NCBI GenBank assembly: GCA_937899865.1
Contig: CALBRH010000001.1
Span: 1-64,000 of the forward strand
Source: an uncultured euryarchaeote
Lineage (GTDB): Archaea > Thermoplasmatota > Poseidoniia > Poseidoniales > Poseidoniaceae
Length of the DNA stretch: 64,000 nt
Direction: 5' to 3'
This document shows positions 1 to 9,630 of the stretch, in pieces (positions within the stretch are counted from its first letter, which is position 1; every line of letters begins with the position of its first letter). A program made the translations under genes and the position numbers. The notes beneath the pieces were generated by a model. It was given only the letters and a program-made list of their open reading frames with translations. It had not been told where the DNA came from and did not search any database.

Positions 1-1
1 G

Positions 2-1036
2 CTGATTAGTTGGGGTGGAAAACATGATCAGCGCTATTCCAAGCTCCATAACGAGCTATCCCAAGAGGGCTTTTCCTGCAAAATTCTTGAATTGGGTGAC
101 CTGCCAACTAAACCCAAAGTCAATGATCGGATCCTATTAAACAGTCTGGCTGTGCCAGAAGATGTGGCTAATCTTGCTCAAAAATGGCTTGAGGAAGGCA
201 AGATTAGTCGACTTGATTGGTTTGCTCACGAAGCAAATCCAGAGATTTGGCTACCTCGCCCTGATCAGATGAAAAGATTAAAGTCACTTTTAGAAAATAA
301 TAATTTTTATTTGATGGTGCCCTCTCAATTAATCTTAGAAAACTATCAATCTTTGCTTGGCTATCATGGGGATAGGCTTGGTTGTCAGACACCAAGGCTG
401 TGTTCGAATAAAAAAAACCAATCTTTTTTTGATTCACCAATACCATCTTTTGACACTCTTCACTTTCAGATCACAGCTATGGCTGGCGCAGGCCAGAAGG
501 GACATCTTTGGTTACTTCGAGTTCTTGAACAAGTTTTGACGGCCACACCAGATGCTCAAGATAAGCAACTGAGGCCAATAGAGCTATCTTTTATTGGCTT
601 AGAGCAAGGACCCTATGCAGCTTTTACCCGTGAAGTCATTCGACGTGGGCAAGCATTACTAGGTGAATCTTTTCATTGGACCTACCATGGCTGTAAGTCC
701 GATGCACTCGATGCAATGGCGAAAGCTAATCTGTCAGTGAGTTGTTCGCTTGAAGAAACTTTCTCTTTGGTTTCACTTGAGGCGATGGCATTAGGTCAAC
801 CACTATTGAGAAGTCAGACAGGCGGTTTTTCCGAACAGTTAGACGATGGAGTTAGTGGCTTTGATCTTGGCTTACCCGGCCCTGATGTTCGACAAGAACA
901 AGTTGACTTATTTCACCGACTTCGTGATCCTGAGGTCTTCAGCAATGAACGTCTTACGGAAATGGCGCATGCGGCCCGAGCAAAAGCGAAAAAGTTTTGT
1001 ACTGTTACTTACTCTGACTGGCTTCTAAGTAAATGA
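2..1036 (+). CDS. Glycosyltransferase family 4 (GT-B), 5'-truncated
   Basis: The frame is open from base 2 (LISWGGKHDQ...) to TGA at 1034-1036. It carries the GT4 E-x7-E motif (SLEETFSLVSLEAMALG) followed by SQTGGFSEQL. Composition differs from the rest of the window. Confidence 0.8.
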   Translation: MISWGGKHDQRYSKLHNELSQEGFSCKILELGDLPTKPKVNDRILLNSLAVPEDVANLAQKWLEEGKISRLDWFAHEANPEIWLPRPDQMKRLKSLLENNNFYLMVPSQLILENYQSLLGYHGDRLGCQTPRLCSNKKNQSFFDSPIPSFDTLHFQITAMAGAGQKGHLWLLRVLEQVLTATPDAQDKQLRPIELSFIGLEQGPYAAFTREVIRRGQALLGESFHWTYHGCKSDALDAMAKANLSVSCSLEETFSLVSLEAMALGQPLLRSQTGGFSEQLDDGVSGFDLGLPGPDVRQEQVDLFHRLRDPEVFSNERLTEMAHAARAKAKKFCTVTYSDWLLSK

Positions 1037-1087
1037 CTTGGATAAAAAATCGGTGGATCTGGTTTTTAGATCTTCTGCTCCCGGTGG

Positions 1088-1156
1088 GAAAACAAAGCAA
1101 AAATAAGAAACACAAAGGAAAACAAGAAAAACAAAGGAAAACAAAGAAAACCAAGG
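1088..1156. repeat. Low-complexity A-rich imperfect tandem repeat (about GAAAACAAAG units)
   Basis: About 69 nt of A/C/G with a single T, made of recurring GAAAACAA(A)G. It lies at the transition between the GT4 segment and the high-GC segment. Confidence 0.7.
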
Positions 1157-1218
1157 ATGACCACCTCGCTTCAAGGCGACCTTTCAGGCTCCATGACCTA
1201 CCCAACATCTTGCGACCA

Positions 1219-2168
1219 ATGGGGTCGAGGTGCATAACGGAGTTATGGGCCTAACCGCTACCATACATCGCAGGTCACCCCTGATCCGGGCGCTCGTCGC
1301 GCTGCTGGTGGGTCTATCCGCGATCCGCGGGATGCGAAACGAGCTCGCGGAGTGGCGCGCGTTGCGCGAGAAGAAGGCGGCTCGACGGGAAAAGGCTGAG
1401 AAGGCGGCGGCGTTTAAGAAGTCGCAGGAGGAGGAGGCGGCGCGACGGAGGGCGGTTTTAGCGGAGGCGGAGGTGGCCAGGGTTCTCGCGTGCCCCGCGG
1501 TGGTCACGGAGGCTGCGACCAAGGCGGCGGAGGAGGCCAAGGCCAAGGGCGAGCCCAAACCCCGGAAGGATCACAGCGCGGTGCACAGGTGCGTGTTGGA
1601 TCTCGGCGGTCCCGGGACTTCGACGGAGCTTCGAGCGGATTCGGAAAAAGGCGGCGGCGGCGACCCGAGCCGGTGCGTCGTGTGCGCCGAGTTTCTCGCG
1701 GACGTCGCCGAGAAGGTCAAGATCGAGCTCGCCGGCAGCGGGTCCAAGGACGGGGCGGGTGTCGCGGACAGGGTGCTGGGAACCGCGTGCGGCGAGGCGC
1801 AAGGCGGGGGGAACAGCCGACACGGTAAGCTCTGCGACTCGTTGCTCACGCTTCGCAGGGATGTCGCCCGGCCGCTCGGGTTGGGGGTTCCGCCGCGAAA
1901 GATTTGCGAGCGCGTGTCGCAGAAGGATGCGCTGATATGCGAGCTCAAGGCGGCGAAGGAGGGAACGGTCGGGGCGGAAGGCGGGGACGTCGCCGCGGCG
2001 GACGCGTTTAAGCGAATATCCCTCTTGGTCCATCCGGACAAGCACCGGGGGCATCACGGGGCCAAGGCCAACGCCGCGTTCAGGCTGCTGAAACAGGCGA
2101 GGGACCACTTCGATCTGAAGGCTAAGCGCGAGGCGGAGAGGCTGAAGAAGGGGGAGGGCGGCGAGTAG
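1219..2168 (+). CDS. Eukaryotic protein: signal peptide/anchor + coiled coil + ARMET/MANF-like saposin domain + C-terminal J-domain (spliced: 1219-1229 joined to 1274-2168)
   Basis: CVVC...C...LC...PPRKICERVSQKDALICELK resembles the MANF/ARMET N-domain ([20 protein letters not shown]). FKRISLLVHPDK...AFRLLKQA contains the J-domain HPD motif. Splicing gives a hydrophobic N-terminus, MGSRSPLIRALVALLVGLSAIRG. GC content is very high. Confidence 0.7.
1230..1273 (+). other. Putative 44-nt spliceosomal intron
   Basis: AG|GTGCAT donor at 1230, CTAAC branch point at 1251-1255, CGCAG| acceptor ending at 1273. Removing it joins ATG 1219 in frame to the long ORF. Confidence 0.65.
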
Positions 2169-2262
2169 CGAAAGGGCGAGCGTCACGACGGCGGAGTCCC
2201 CGCGCCGACGTTTTTTTCACAAACGAGTCTCCGGATGCGCATCCGGACCTCCGCTAGTAGTT

Positions 2263-2429
2263 TCAAGCCTTCTCGTTCGCCTTGAGAGTCTCGTAGATGA
2301 GCATCCGCCAGAGCTTGATCACGAACTGCTCGGCCTCGTCGTCCAGCACCGGCTCCAGCTCCGACACCATGTCCTTCGCGCTGAGGTGCTCGCCAACCTT
2401 CTCCACCACAAACTCCACCACCTGCCGCC
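2263..2429 (-). CDS. C-terminal PWI domain of an RBM25/Snu71-like splicing factor (eukaryotic, 5'-truncated)
   Basis: VVEFVVEKVGEHLSAKDMVSELEPVLDDEAEQFVIKLWRMLIYET matches the RBM25 PWI tail pattern (VLDEEAEVFIVKMWRLLIYET). High GC, cut at the ~2430 junction. Confidence 0.8.
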
Positions 2430-2432
2430 AGT

Positions 2433-3557
2433 GAATTAGTTGCAATTCCTGGTCTTAATCCAGTTATTCCTCTAGGTTGGGGCGCATTAGCATTCATTGT
2501 AGCATTGGTTATCCATGAGTTTGGTCATGGTTTGCAGGCTAGAGCACATGGTATGAGAATTCGATCTTTTGGGTTGTTACAATTGGGCCCATTGCCTCTG
2601 GGTGCATTTGCTGAGCCTCAATATGAAGAATTGACTAATGCTCCGAGTAAAGAAAGAATGCGAATGTTTGCAGCAGGTCCTGCAACGAATATTTTTGCTG
2701 CTGTTGTTTGCTTAATATTCCTTGGAGGTTTGGCCGGCCAATTTGTTGCCAATGATTCTGGTGTACATGTTAGGGGTATCGTTCAAGATGAGGGCGCCTT
2801 TGATGCAGGTTTACAACCGTGGGATACAATTCAATATATTGATGAAAAACCGGTACAAGATGTTGATGATTTCTATGATGTCATGAAAGGATATTCTGCT
2901 AATGATAGTATTAGTATAACGGTTATGCGCAGTGATGGACAAATAGAAACTCTAAATGCAACCCTTTCAGATAAGTACGACTATTACGTAAATCTTGGTT
3001 GGTCAGCATCAGATTTGGATGCACTTGGAATCGATAAAGAAGATCCATTTCTTGGAGTTGAAGGTCTATCCGGAGGTACTGCAGGAATAGACCGATTGGC
3101 AGGGCCATTATCTCCTCGCTGGGAAGGTAATATTTTACAAAAATCATTGATGGTACCGTTTCACACACTCAGTATGATGATTGTACCTTTTGAATTGCAA
3201 GGTGTTGCAATGCATCCATTTGAAGAATCGTTACTTGAGGCTGATGACAATTCATTTGCTCAAGCATTAGGTACTAACGGTTTACTTTTCTTAGTCAACC
3301 TATTCTTTTGGCTATTATGGGTTAATATTCTACTTGGATTTACTAATCTTATTCCTATGGTTCCATTTGATGGTGGTCATATGTTCAAAGATATGTTGCG
3401 AGGCATACTTAACGGCATAAAGAAGGTCGGACGTAAATTGAAGTTCTGGGACATCAATCCTATGTGGATTGAGCATATTTCAAGTAAAGCATCTAACATT
3501 TCATCTTTAGCATTACTTGGAATGATTTTGTTTATGTTGATAGTTCCATATTTCTAA
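2433..3557 (+). CDS. Site-2 protease (M50 family) with PDZ domain, 5'-truncated
   Basis: HEFGH zinc motif, GPATN, PDZ insert, NLIPMVPFDGG. The frame continues upstream of the track start (ELVAIPGLNPVIPLGWG) up to the junction at ~2431. Confidence 0.92.
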   Translation, partial: ELVAIPGLNPVIPLGWGALAFIVALVIHEFGHGLQARAHGMRIRSFGLLQLGPLPLGAFAEPQYEELTNAPSKERMRMFAAGPATNIFAAVVCLIFLGGLAGQFVANDSGVHVRGIVQDEGAFDAGLQPWDTIQYIDEKPVQDVDDFYDVMKGYSANDSISITVMRSDGQIETLNATLSDKYDYYVNLGWSASDLDALGIDKEDPFLGVEGLSGGTAGIDRLAGPLSPRWEGNILQKSLMVPFHTLSMMIVPFELQGVAMHPFEESLLEADDNSFAQALGTNGLLFLVNLFFWLLWVNILLGFTNLIPMVPFDGGHMFKDMLRGILNGIKKVGRKLKFWDINPMWIEHISSKASNISSLALLGMILFMLIVPYF

Positions 3558-3559
3558 CA

Positions 3560-4219
3560 TCATAATTTACGTTTCATCAACTCAGCTAGAATATTTCTTT
3601 GGACATGAGTGGCGGATTTTTGATTGTATTGTTCATGTAGTGAAATCTGTTCTAATGTAGAGTTACTACGAGATTGTAGATTTTCTAGATTATTCTCCGA
3701 TGATTTAGTTTGTGAACAAATTAGAGCAATGAATTCATTCAAAGCTAAGCCTTTTTGCCAGTTTAAGTAAGGTTTACCATTACGAGTCAATGGTAGACTT
3801 GGAATAAATGGTGCAAGTTTTCGCAGTTTTCCATGGAGTGTTTCAGTTTCTACTCGAAATATTCTCCACGAGTCACCCCTTACACCCTTTAGTCGATAAG
3901 CATACAACGGCATTAAGCAAGACCTATTTCCTTCATAGACCAGTGAGTTATACTGGTCAACAGTTCTACCAGACAAGTACAATTTTGCTTCTTTAGAAGA
4001 TTTTACTTCAATTGGGAAGCAAATATCTCCACGTAATGCAAGTAAATCACCAGATCCTTCAATACCGGAACCGGCTGCTCTTACTACGAGAAATGGTCTT
4101 TTTTCGACTAATTTCATCTTGGCTTTCTCTACTTCACTACAAGATTTGATTACTGCGTTGACGCCTTTTGCCAAGCCAGCGAGAACTAGTCTCAGTTCTC
4201 TCTCATACTTGCTGCTCAC
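3560..4219 (-). CDS. hjc: Archaeal Holliday junction resolvase Hjc-like
   Basis: N-terminal SKYERELR, VVRAAGSG, GDLLA, IEVKS: the PD-(D/E)xK signature of Hjc. Confidence 0.85.
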   Translation of the reverse strand: MSSKYERELRLVLAGLAKGVNAVIKSCSEVEKAKMKLVEKRPFLVVRAAGSGIEGSGDLLALRGDICFPIEVKSSKEAKLYLSGRTVDQYNSLVYEGNRSCLMPLYAYRLKGVRGDSWRIFRVETETLHGKLRKLAPFIPSLPLTRNGKPYLNWQKGLALNEFIALICSQTKSSENNLENLQSRSNSTLEQISLHEQYNQKSATHVQRNILAELMKRKL

Positions 4220-4338
4220 GATACTGCATCATTGTCAAGCGTTTTTGATTACTTCGGTATGCATCGTTAGATTAGTGACGATTTCGAGGTAGTGACAAAT
4301 TTCGGTAGGTTTGAGGTCATAGATGGTTTGGCAGGGCT

Positions 4339-5100
4339 ATGTCGCGATTGGCAATCCGGACTGAAAACTTCCGATTGTCATTCAAATTAATCGAAAAACT
4401 TCGTTTAAAATCACTCGAATTTGAAGTAATTGATGTCAATAAAACAGTACCATCTGAAAATATAATTTGGTTTTCTTCGCCTTCTGAAATTTTGACTTTT
4501 CCATCAATAGGTACCCCGATTCCAGTAGAAGTTGATAATATTGATTCAGCTATTTTGTCAGCAATCTTCCAACTAAAAGGTTCGAATGCCTCAGTATCTT
4601 TGGTAATTGGTATAGATCCTGGGCCATATCCTGGTATAGCTTGGCTAGTCGATGGAGCATTTTGTGGGATCTTAGAGTTGACATCTATCCAAGACATAAT
4701 TCCAAATCTGTTGAATTTAAGGCGTATTGCTGATTTTGAAAATATCACAATTAGGGTCGGAGATGGTGCACCGTTAATTAGAGATCGAATCATCAATGAT
4801 TGTATCTCAAGAAATTGGGTTGTTGAACAGGTTGATGAAAAAAAGACATCATCAGGCCTAATTCGTAATAATCACTCAATTTCTGCATTGAGGATTGCCG
4901 CTAATTCAGGAAAGAAAATTTGGCAATTAAGAGATATTACTCCAACGGAGGGGGACATAAAATATATTCAAACCGAGAGTCGAAAGAAATCTAAAGGTGA
5001 ATTTACAATTTCAAAAGCAGTAGCAATTTTAGTTGCTAAAGGCGAATTAAGTATGGAAGATGCATTAGAGCAACAGGGTCATTCTTCTTCCGAGAAATGA
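4339..5100 (+). CDS. Hypothetical protein with RNase H-like (YqgF/RuvC-type) central domain
   Basis: VIGIDPG..GIA, RVGDG and VDEKKTS resemble YqgF-family motifs. Confidence 0.55.
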   Translation: MSRLAIRTENFRLSFKLIEKLRLKSLEFEVIDVNKTVPSENIIWFSSPSEILTFPSIGTPIPVEVDNIDSAILSAIFQLKGSNASVSLVIGIDPGPYPGIAWLVDGAFCGILELTSIQDIIPNLLNLRRIADFENITIRVGDGAPLIRDRIINDCISRNWVVEQVDEKKTSSGLIRNNHSISALRIAANSGKKIWQLRDITPTEGDIKYIQTESRKKSKGEFTISKAVAILVAKGELSMEDALEQQGHSSSEK

Positions 5101-6083
5101 TCAAATTCATATTTTGCTTGATGCATTTCAGGTGATTTTTGCATTATTTTCTTGAGGGTAATTTCCAAACCAATCGGCGCGAAAATTATGCCACCAATTA
5201 CTAATGATAAGAATAGAAATGAAGATCCAGGCACATATTGAGTTCCAGGAGATCCAGAGCCACTAAGCATCAACTTTACTGTACCAAGCCAAGGAATTTC
5301 TCCTCCAGCTACTCCAACTAACCAATCTTCTTTGACAGGTCCAGCAACTCCTGAGGCACTATGAACTCCAGATGAGCCATTAACTACTAGACCACCTTGG
5401 TCAACTGAGCACTGATTATTATCTCCAAGAGTAACTATCCCAGAATGTTTGGGTTGCCAATTCCATACCACTAGATATGGTTCAACGTTAGCATGGGCAA
5501 ATCTGTTACAATCATAATATCCAGCATTATTGCCATCAAAACGAATGGTTATGGTTTCTGAATCAGTAATGTTTGTTCCTGGAACAGCCCAAGTCAAAAC
5601 ACATGTACCAAGTCCCCCGTCTTCATCTTCAACAGAATCATCCCAGGTGCCGCCGTCAGGACAATGTTGTGAATTATTTCCATCGCTGGGTGCTAAGCGA
5701 TTTGGAGAAATGGTTTGACTAGGCTCCACGCGCAATATGGCTCGATGAATTATTGGAGTACCATCATCTCCATTTTTTTGGTAAATTATGACATCTCCTT
5801 CCATGCCATGAGTTTCGTAACCATGGTACTTGTTATTTTCATCGCTTGCTTCAGCGAATGTAATGATGTTTTCATATGGTGTGTCCATTACTAGAATAAG
5901 ATCTCCTGCATCAATGCTTCCAACTTCTCCTTTTTCTTCATGTACCATCGAAGAAGATTCGACCACAACTAACGGTGGCATAGTCCCAGTATGAGCCCAT
6001 AAGCCCAATACTAAGAATGCAATCATTGCGACTGCAAGCATCATCTCGCGTAAGAGATTGCTAAGCGGGTTTTTGTCGGTCAA
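5079..6083 (-). CDS. Signal peptidase I (S26, archaeal type) with Cys-containing insert
   Basis: N-terminal TM, PPLVVVESSSM (catalytic Ser), GDLILV, GDVIIY, PIIHRA (His), TLGDNN, C-terminal TM. Confidence 0.9.
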   Translation of the reverse strand: MTDKNPLSNLLREMMLAVAMIAFLVLGLWAHTGTMPPLVVVESSSMVHEEKGEVGSIDAGDLILVMDTPYENIITFAEASDENNKYHGYETHGMEGDVIIYQKNGDDGTPIIHRAILRVEPSQTISPNRLAPSDGNNSQHCPDGGTWDDSVEDEDGGLGTCVLTWAVPGTNITDSETITIRFDGNNAGYYDCNRFAHANVEPYLVVWNWQPKHSGIVTLGDNNQCSVDQGGLVVNGSSGVHSASGVAGPVKEDWLVGVAGGEIPWLGTVKLMLSGSGSPGTQYVPGSSFLFLSLVIGGIIFAPIGLEITLKKIMQKSPEMHQAKYEFDHFSEEE

Positions 6084-6092
6084 CTTTTACCC

Positions 6093-6509
6093 TCATTTTC
6101 GTTTCTTGAGACCTTTCTCAACGAGGAAATCTTCCCATGCCGCCGCATGCCCTGCTCCAAGTATTTTTGCTGCCTCGTCACCTTCTGATTTACGGCGCTT
6201 TAATTCAGAAGTTGAATCGATTTGTTTGAGTTCATCAAGCAGATTAACATAGCTTCTAAGGTTGAGGAATTCCGGTGTAATTACAATCAAAAGCAAACTT
6301 GAGAAAACGAGCATACCGATTGCTGCTCCAGTAAATTCTCCCCATTCAGCATCACTTTGTAAGAATAACAATTGATATCCACTAACGATAAGTAAAATTG
6401 CGGAAGCACCGAAACCAGTAGCACTTAACATTAGTTGTTTGCCATGTTGTTTAGCCCATAAATCACCAAAGAACCCCATATAATCACCATTGCTTGGTAG
6501 GTGGTACAA
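6093..6509 (-). CDS. Small two-TM hypothetical membrane protein (possibly DUF3198-like); start may be ATG 6479
   Basis: Two hydrophobic helices followed by a charged helical tail; upstream of and co-oriented with the S26 gene. Confidence 0.6.
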   Translation of the reverse strand: MYHLPSNGDYMGFFGDLWAKQHGKQLMLSATGFGASAILLIVSGYQLLFLQSDAEWGEFTGAAIGMLVFSSLLLIVITPEFLNLRSYVNLLDELKQIDSTSELKRRKSEGDEAAKILGAGHAAAWEDFLVEKGLKKRK

Positions 6510-6600
6510 TGTTTGAGTTCTTTGATGTTTTGCTTACAATTTTCACTGCAAATGCTCAAATGTGATTGCATTATCCATATGGCGCGGGGGTGGGGAGAGT

Positions 6601-9600
6601 ATGTCTAGTGTATTTTCCCTGCTTCATGAAAATTTGCAAAAAGCACTTACTGCGAGGCAGTGGAGTCCAACTCCAATTCAGGAATCAGCAATCCCAGAGA
6701 TTCTTGACGGTAAGAATCGATTATTGATTGCTCCAACTGGATCTGGAAAGACTCTCTCAGCGATTTTACCAATATTACATCGCTGTATAGCTGAAAATTG
6801 GGCGCCATTATCTGTACTCTATATTACTCCGCTGAGAGCGCTAAATCGTGATGTAGATAGAAGACTACAGGAGATAGCAGAATCTGTTGGACTGAATGTT
6901 GGACTTAGACATGGTGATACCACTAAGTCCGAGCGAGCAAAGCAGGTAAGGAAGCCACCTCATATTCTAGTGACAACTCCTGAAACATTCCAATTGATGT
7001 TTACCGGCAAGAATCTACGAGAATTGCTCAAAACGGTTAATGCAGTCATCGTTGATGAGGTTCATGATTTGGCAGCAAGTGAGCGGGGTTGGCAGCTGTC
7101 ATTAGGTCTTGCTAGATTAGAAGCCTTATCAGGAAAAAAAGTCCAAAGAATTGGTTTATCAGCGACCGTAGGAAATCCACAACAAGTAGCTAAATGGTTG
7201 GCAAGCGATGGAGAGCCAATTATTGAAACTGGAAAAAGAATAACAGAAATATGTGTTGAAACAGAATTTCCAGAATCTAAGGATGAGTCTGGAGGAATTG
7301 AGTATGCTATTCCATCCCGTGCTCATGCTATTTTCCGCAAAGTAATCTCAATGATACGAAAAGATGCTCCATGTTTACTATTTGTCAATAGTAGAAGTGA
7401 TGCCGAAACCATTGCCAATAGATTGCAGAAGATGGCTCCCGATTTACAAATCGGTGTTCATCATGGTTCACTTGCTACAAAGACAAGAATTGACATGGAG
7501 GATGGATTAAGAGAGGGTAAAATCTCCGGACTTGTGTGTACTTCAAGTCTAGAATTAGGTATAGATATTGGTTTAATTAATAGGATAATCCAAATCAAAA
7601 GCCCTCGTTCTGTTGACCGTTTACTGCAAAGAGTAGGTAGAGCGGATCACAGACTTGGAGGAATTGGTCGAGGAAATATATTTGCTTGGGATTGTGATGA
7701 GTTGTCTGAAGCAACTGTAATCGCTCAACGTGCAATGAGGGGAGAATTAGAACCAGTAATATGGAGAAATAATCCGAGGACTGTTGCGATAAACCAACTC
7801 ATCTTAATGGCTCATTGTTTCAAAGCAGTACCTATTGATGAAGCAACAGAAATCATTAATCAAGCACCTCAATTTGAGAATTGGTCTCGTAAAGATACTT
7901 TAGAGGTGCTAGAGGTAATTGCTGAAAATTGGTTAGTGAAATTTACTGAAAACCCAAGCAATGAACCTTGGTATAGATGGCCTACTGCGATATATGAGGA
8001 AGCTAAACTAATGAAAGAGAACGAATCGGTCAATTTACCAACAGAGCGACCATTATTCAAAACTCCAGATGATGAGATAGACTCAACATTGAAGAAAATT
8101 GAACTTAAGTTACCAAAAAAATATGCTAAAGGATGGTTTTCTGTCTCGGGAAGAACTAGAGATTGGGTTACTAACCACTTGTCGATGATTCCAGATAAAC
8201 AATCTTACAGAGTAAGAGATAGTGTAACAAGGCGAACGATCGGTAGTGTTGATGAGGCCTTTGTTTTGTCTCTAAATAGCTCTGGTGAAGATGAAGATGG
8301 CGCAGTTCGTCGCTTTGTAATTGCTGGAAGGACTTGGATGATAATTGATGCCGACCCAGAGAAAGCAGAACTTCTCGTAATACCTGCTTCAGATCAAGCC
8401 AAGGCGCCACAATGGGTTGGTGAATTACCTCCTGTACCTGCAGAAGTCGCAAGACAAATCGGTAAATTGAGAGAATTAATCGCTAGTGATTTGGGTTTGA
8501 TTACAATTTCTAATCAACAATCATCTTCAATTGACCGTTTTAATATTCTTTCAGCAAACAACTTGAAAGTTTCAGATTATCCAATCAACGAACATGGACT
8601 TGGAATGCTTAGTGATGAAATTGGTGACCATATGGAAAAGTCTGGAAGTCTGCCGACAGATAGTAAAATTACCATAGAAGAGCGAAATGATGCAATAATT
8701 ATCAATTCATGTCATGGAACTAAAATTAACGAAACAATTGGGCATTTATTGCTAGCAATGTCATCTACAAAGTCAGGAAATTGGGGTAGATTGATCATTG
8801 AATCAACACGAATAGGGATACAAGCTTCCGGAATTTCACCAGAAGATTTAGTTGGCTGGCTAAAAGATACACCACCCGATGCTTTAGAGGGTCTGTTAAG
8901 TGTAACTTTACCAAACTCTAGACAGTTGAGATGGCGATTTGCTGATGTTGGTAAAGCGTTTGGCATAATTAGACATGGAGTAGATCCTAGAAGAATAAAT
9001 CTCCAAGCACTAATTAGAAAATATCGTGGAACAGTCGTACTACAAGAGGTGCTAGACAAATTATTCTTTGAAAAAATGGATATCCAAGGTGCTAGAGATG
9101 TATTGTCGGCAATCCAAGAGGGAGTAATCTCAATCGAAATTGCTGCAGCAGGTCCGATTGGTTTGTCTAGGCGTTCAAGTAAGGATTTGCTTTTGCCAAA
9201 TTGGGACAATGCTGCAGTTAGAGAGCGCCTAAAGTTAAGGCTGGAAAACGAACGTGCAGTATTGTGTTGTTTGAAATGTCATAGTGTTAGGCGGTTTAGA
9301 GTTGCAAGATATAATGAAATTTCTGATATAGGTACTTGTCTAAAATGTAAAGGTAAGATGCTTGCTTGTACAAGAGAGGGATTATTGCCTATGCTCAAAG
9401 ATTGGGTCTCATCAGATGAAGATAGTGACCGTATAAGGATGATAAAAAATGCAGAGATGATTCAAAATAGAGGTCAAGAAGCGATTCTATGTTTGATGGG
9501 TCGAGGTATCGGTGAAGCCACTGCTCAGAGAATTCTCCGTAAAGTACCAAGAAACAATCGTGATGGTTTACTACGCGCTATTCATTTGGCAGAAGTTGAA

Positions 9601-9630
9601 TATGCTCGAACTAGGAGATTTTGGGGTTAA
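6601..9630 (+). CDS. lhr: Lhr-like SF2 DEAD/DEAH helicase with C-terminal Zn-ribbon and HhH-like tail
   Basis: [43 protein letters not shown]-terminal CLKC...CLKC and [12 protein letters not shown] 6601 follows a G-rich RBS. Confidence 0.92.

Noticed and set aside
1033-1254. 73-aa Lys-rich ORF as a complete gene
   Set aside because: It crosses the low-complexity tract and the composition change. Only the first ~18 codons plausibly belong to a truncated gene.
1160-2430. Eukaryote-to-archaeon gene transfer
   Set aside because: There is a spliceosomal intron, extreme GC contrast, and genes cut on both sides of the junction. Contig concatenation or contamination is far simpler.
1184-2497. Long alternative-frame ORFs (1184-1558, 1458-2186, 1490-1828, 1571-2041, 2183-2497)
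   Set aside because: These are shadow ORFs expected in very high-GC coding DNA and carry no motifs.
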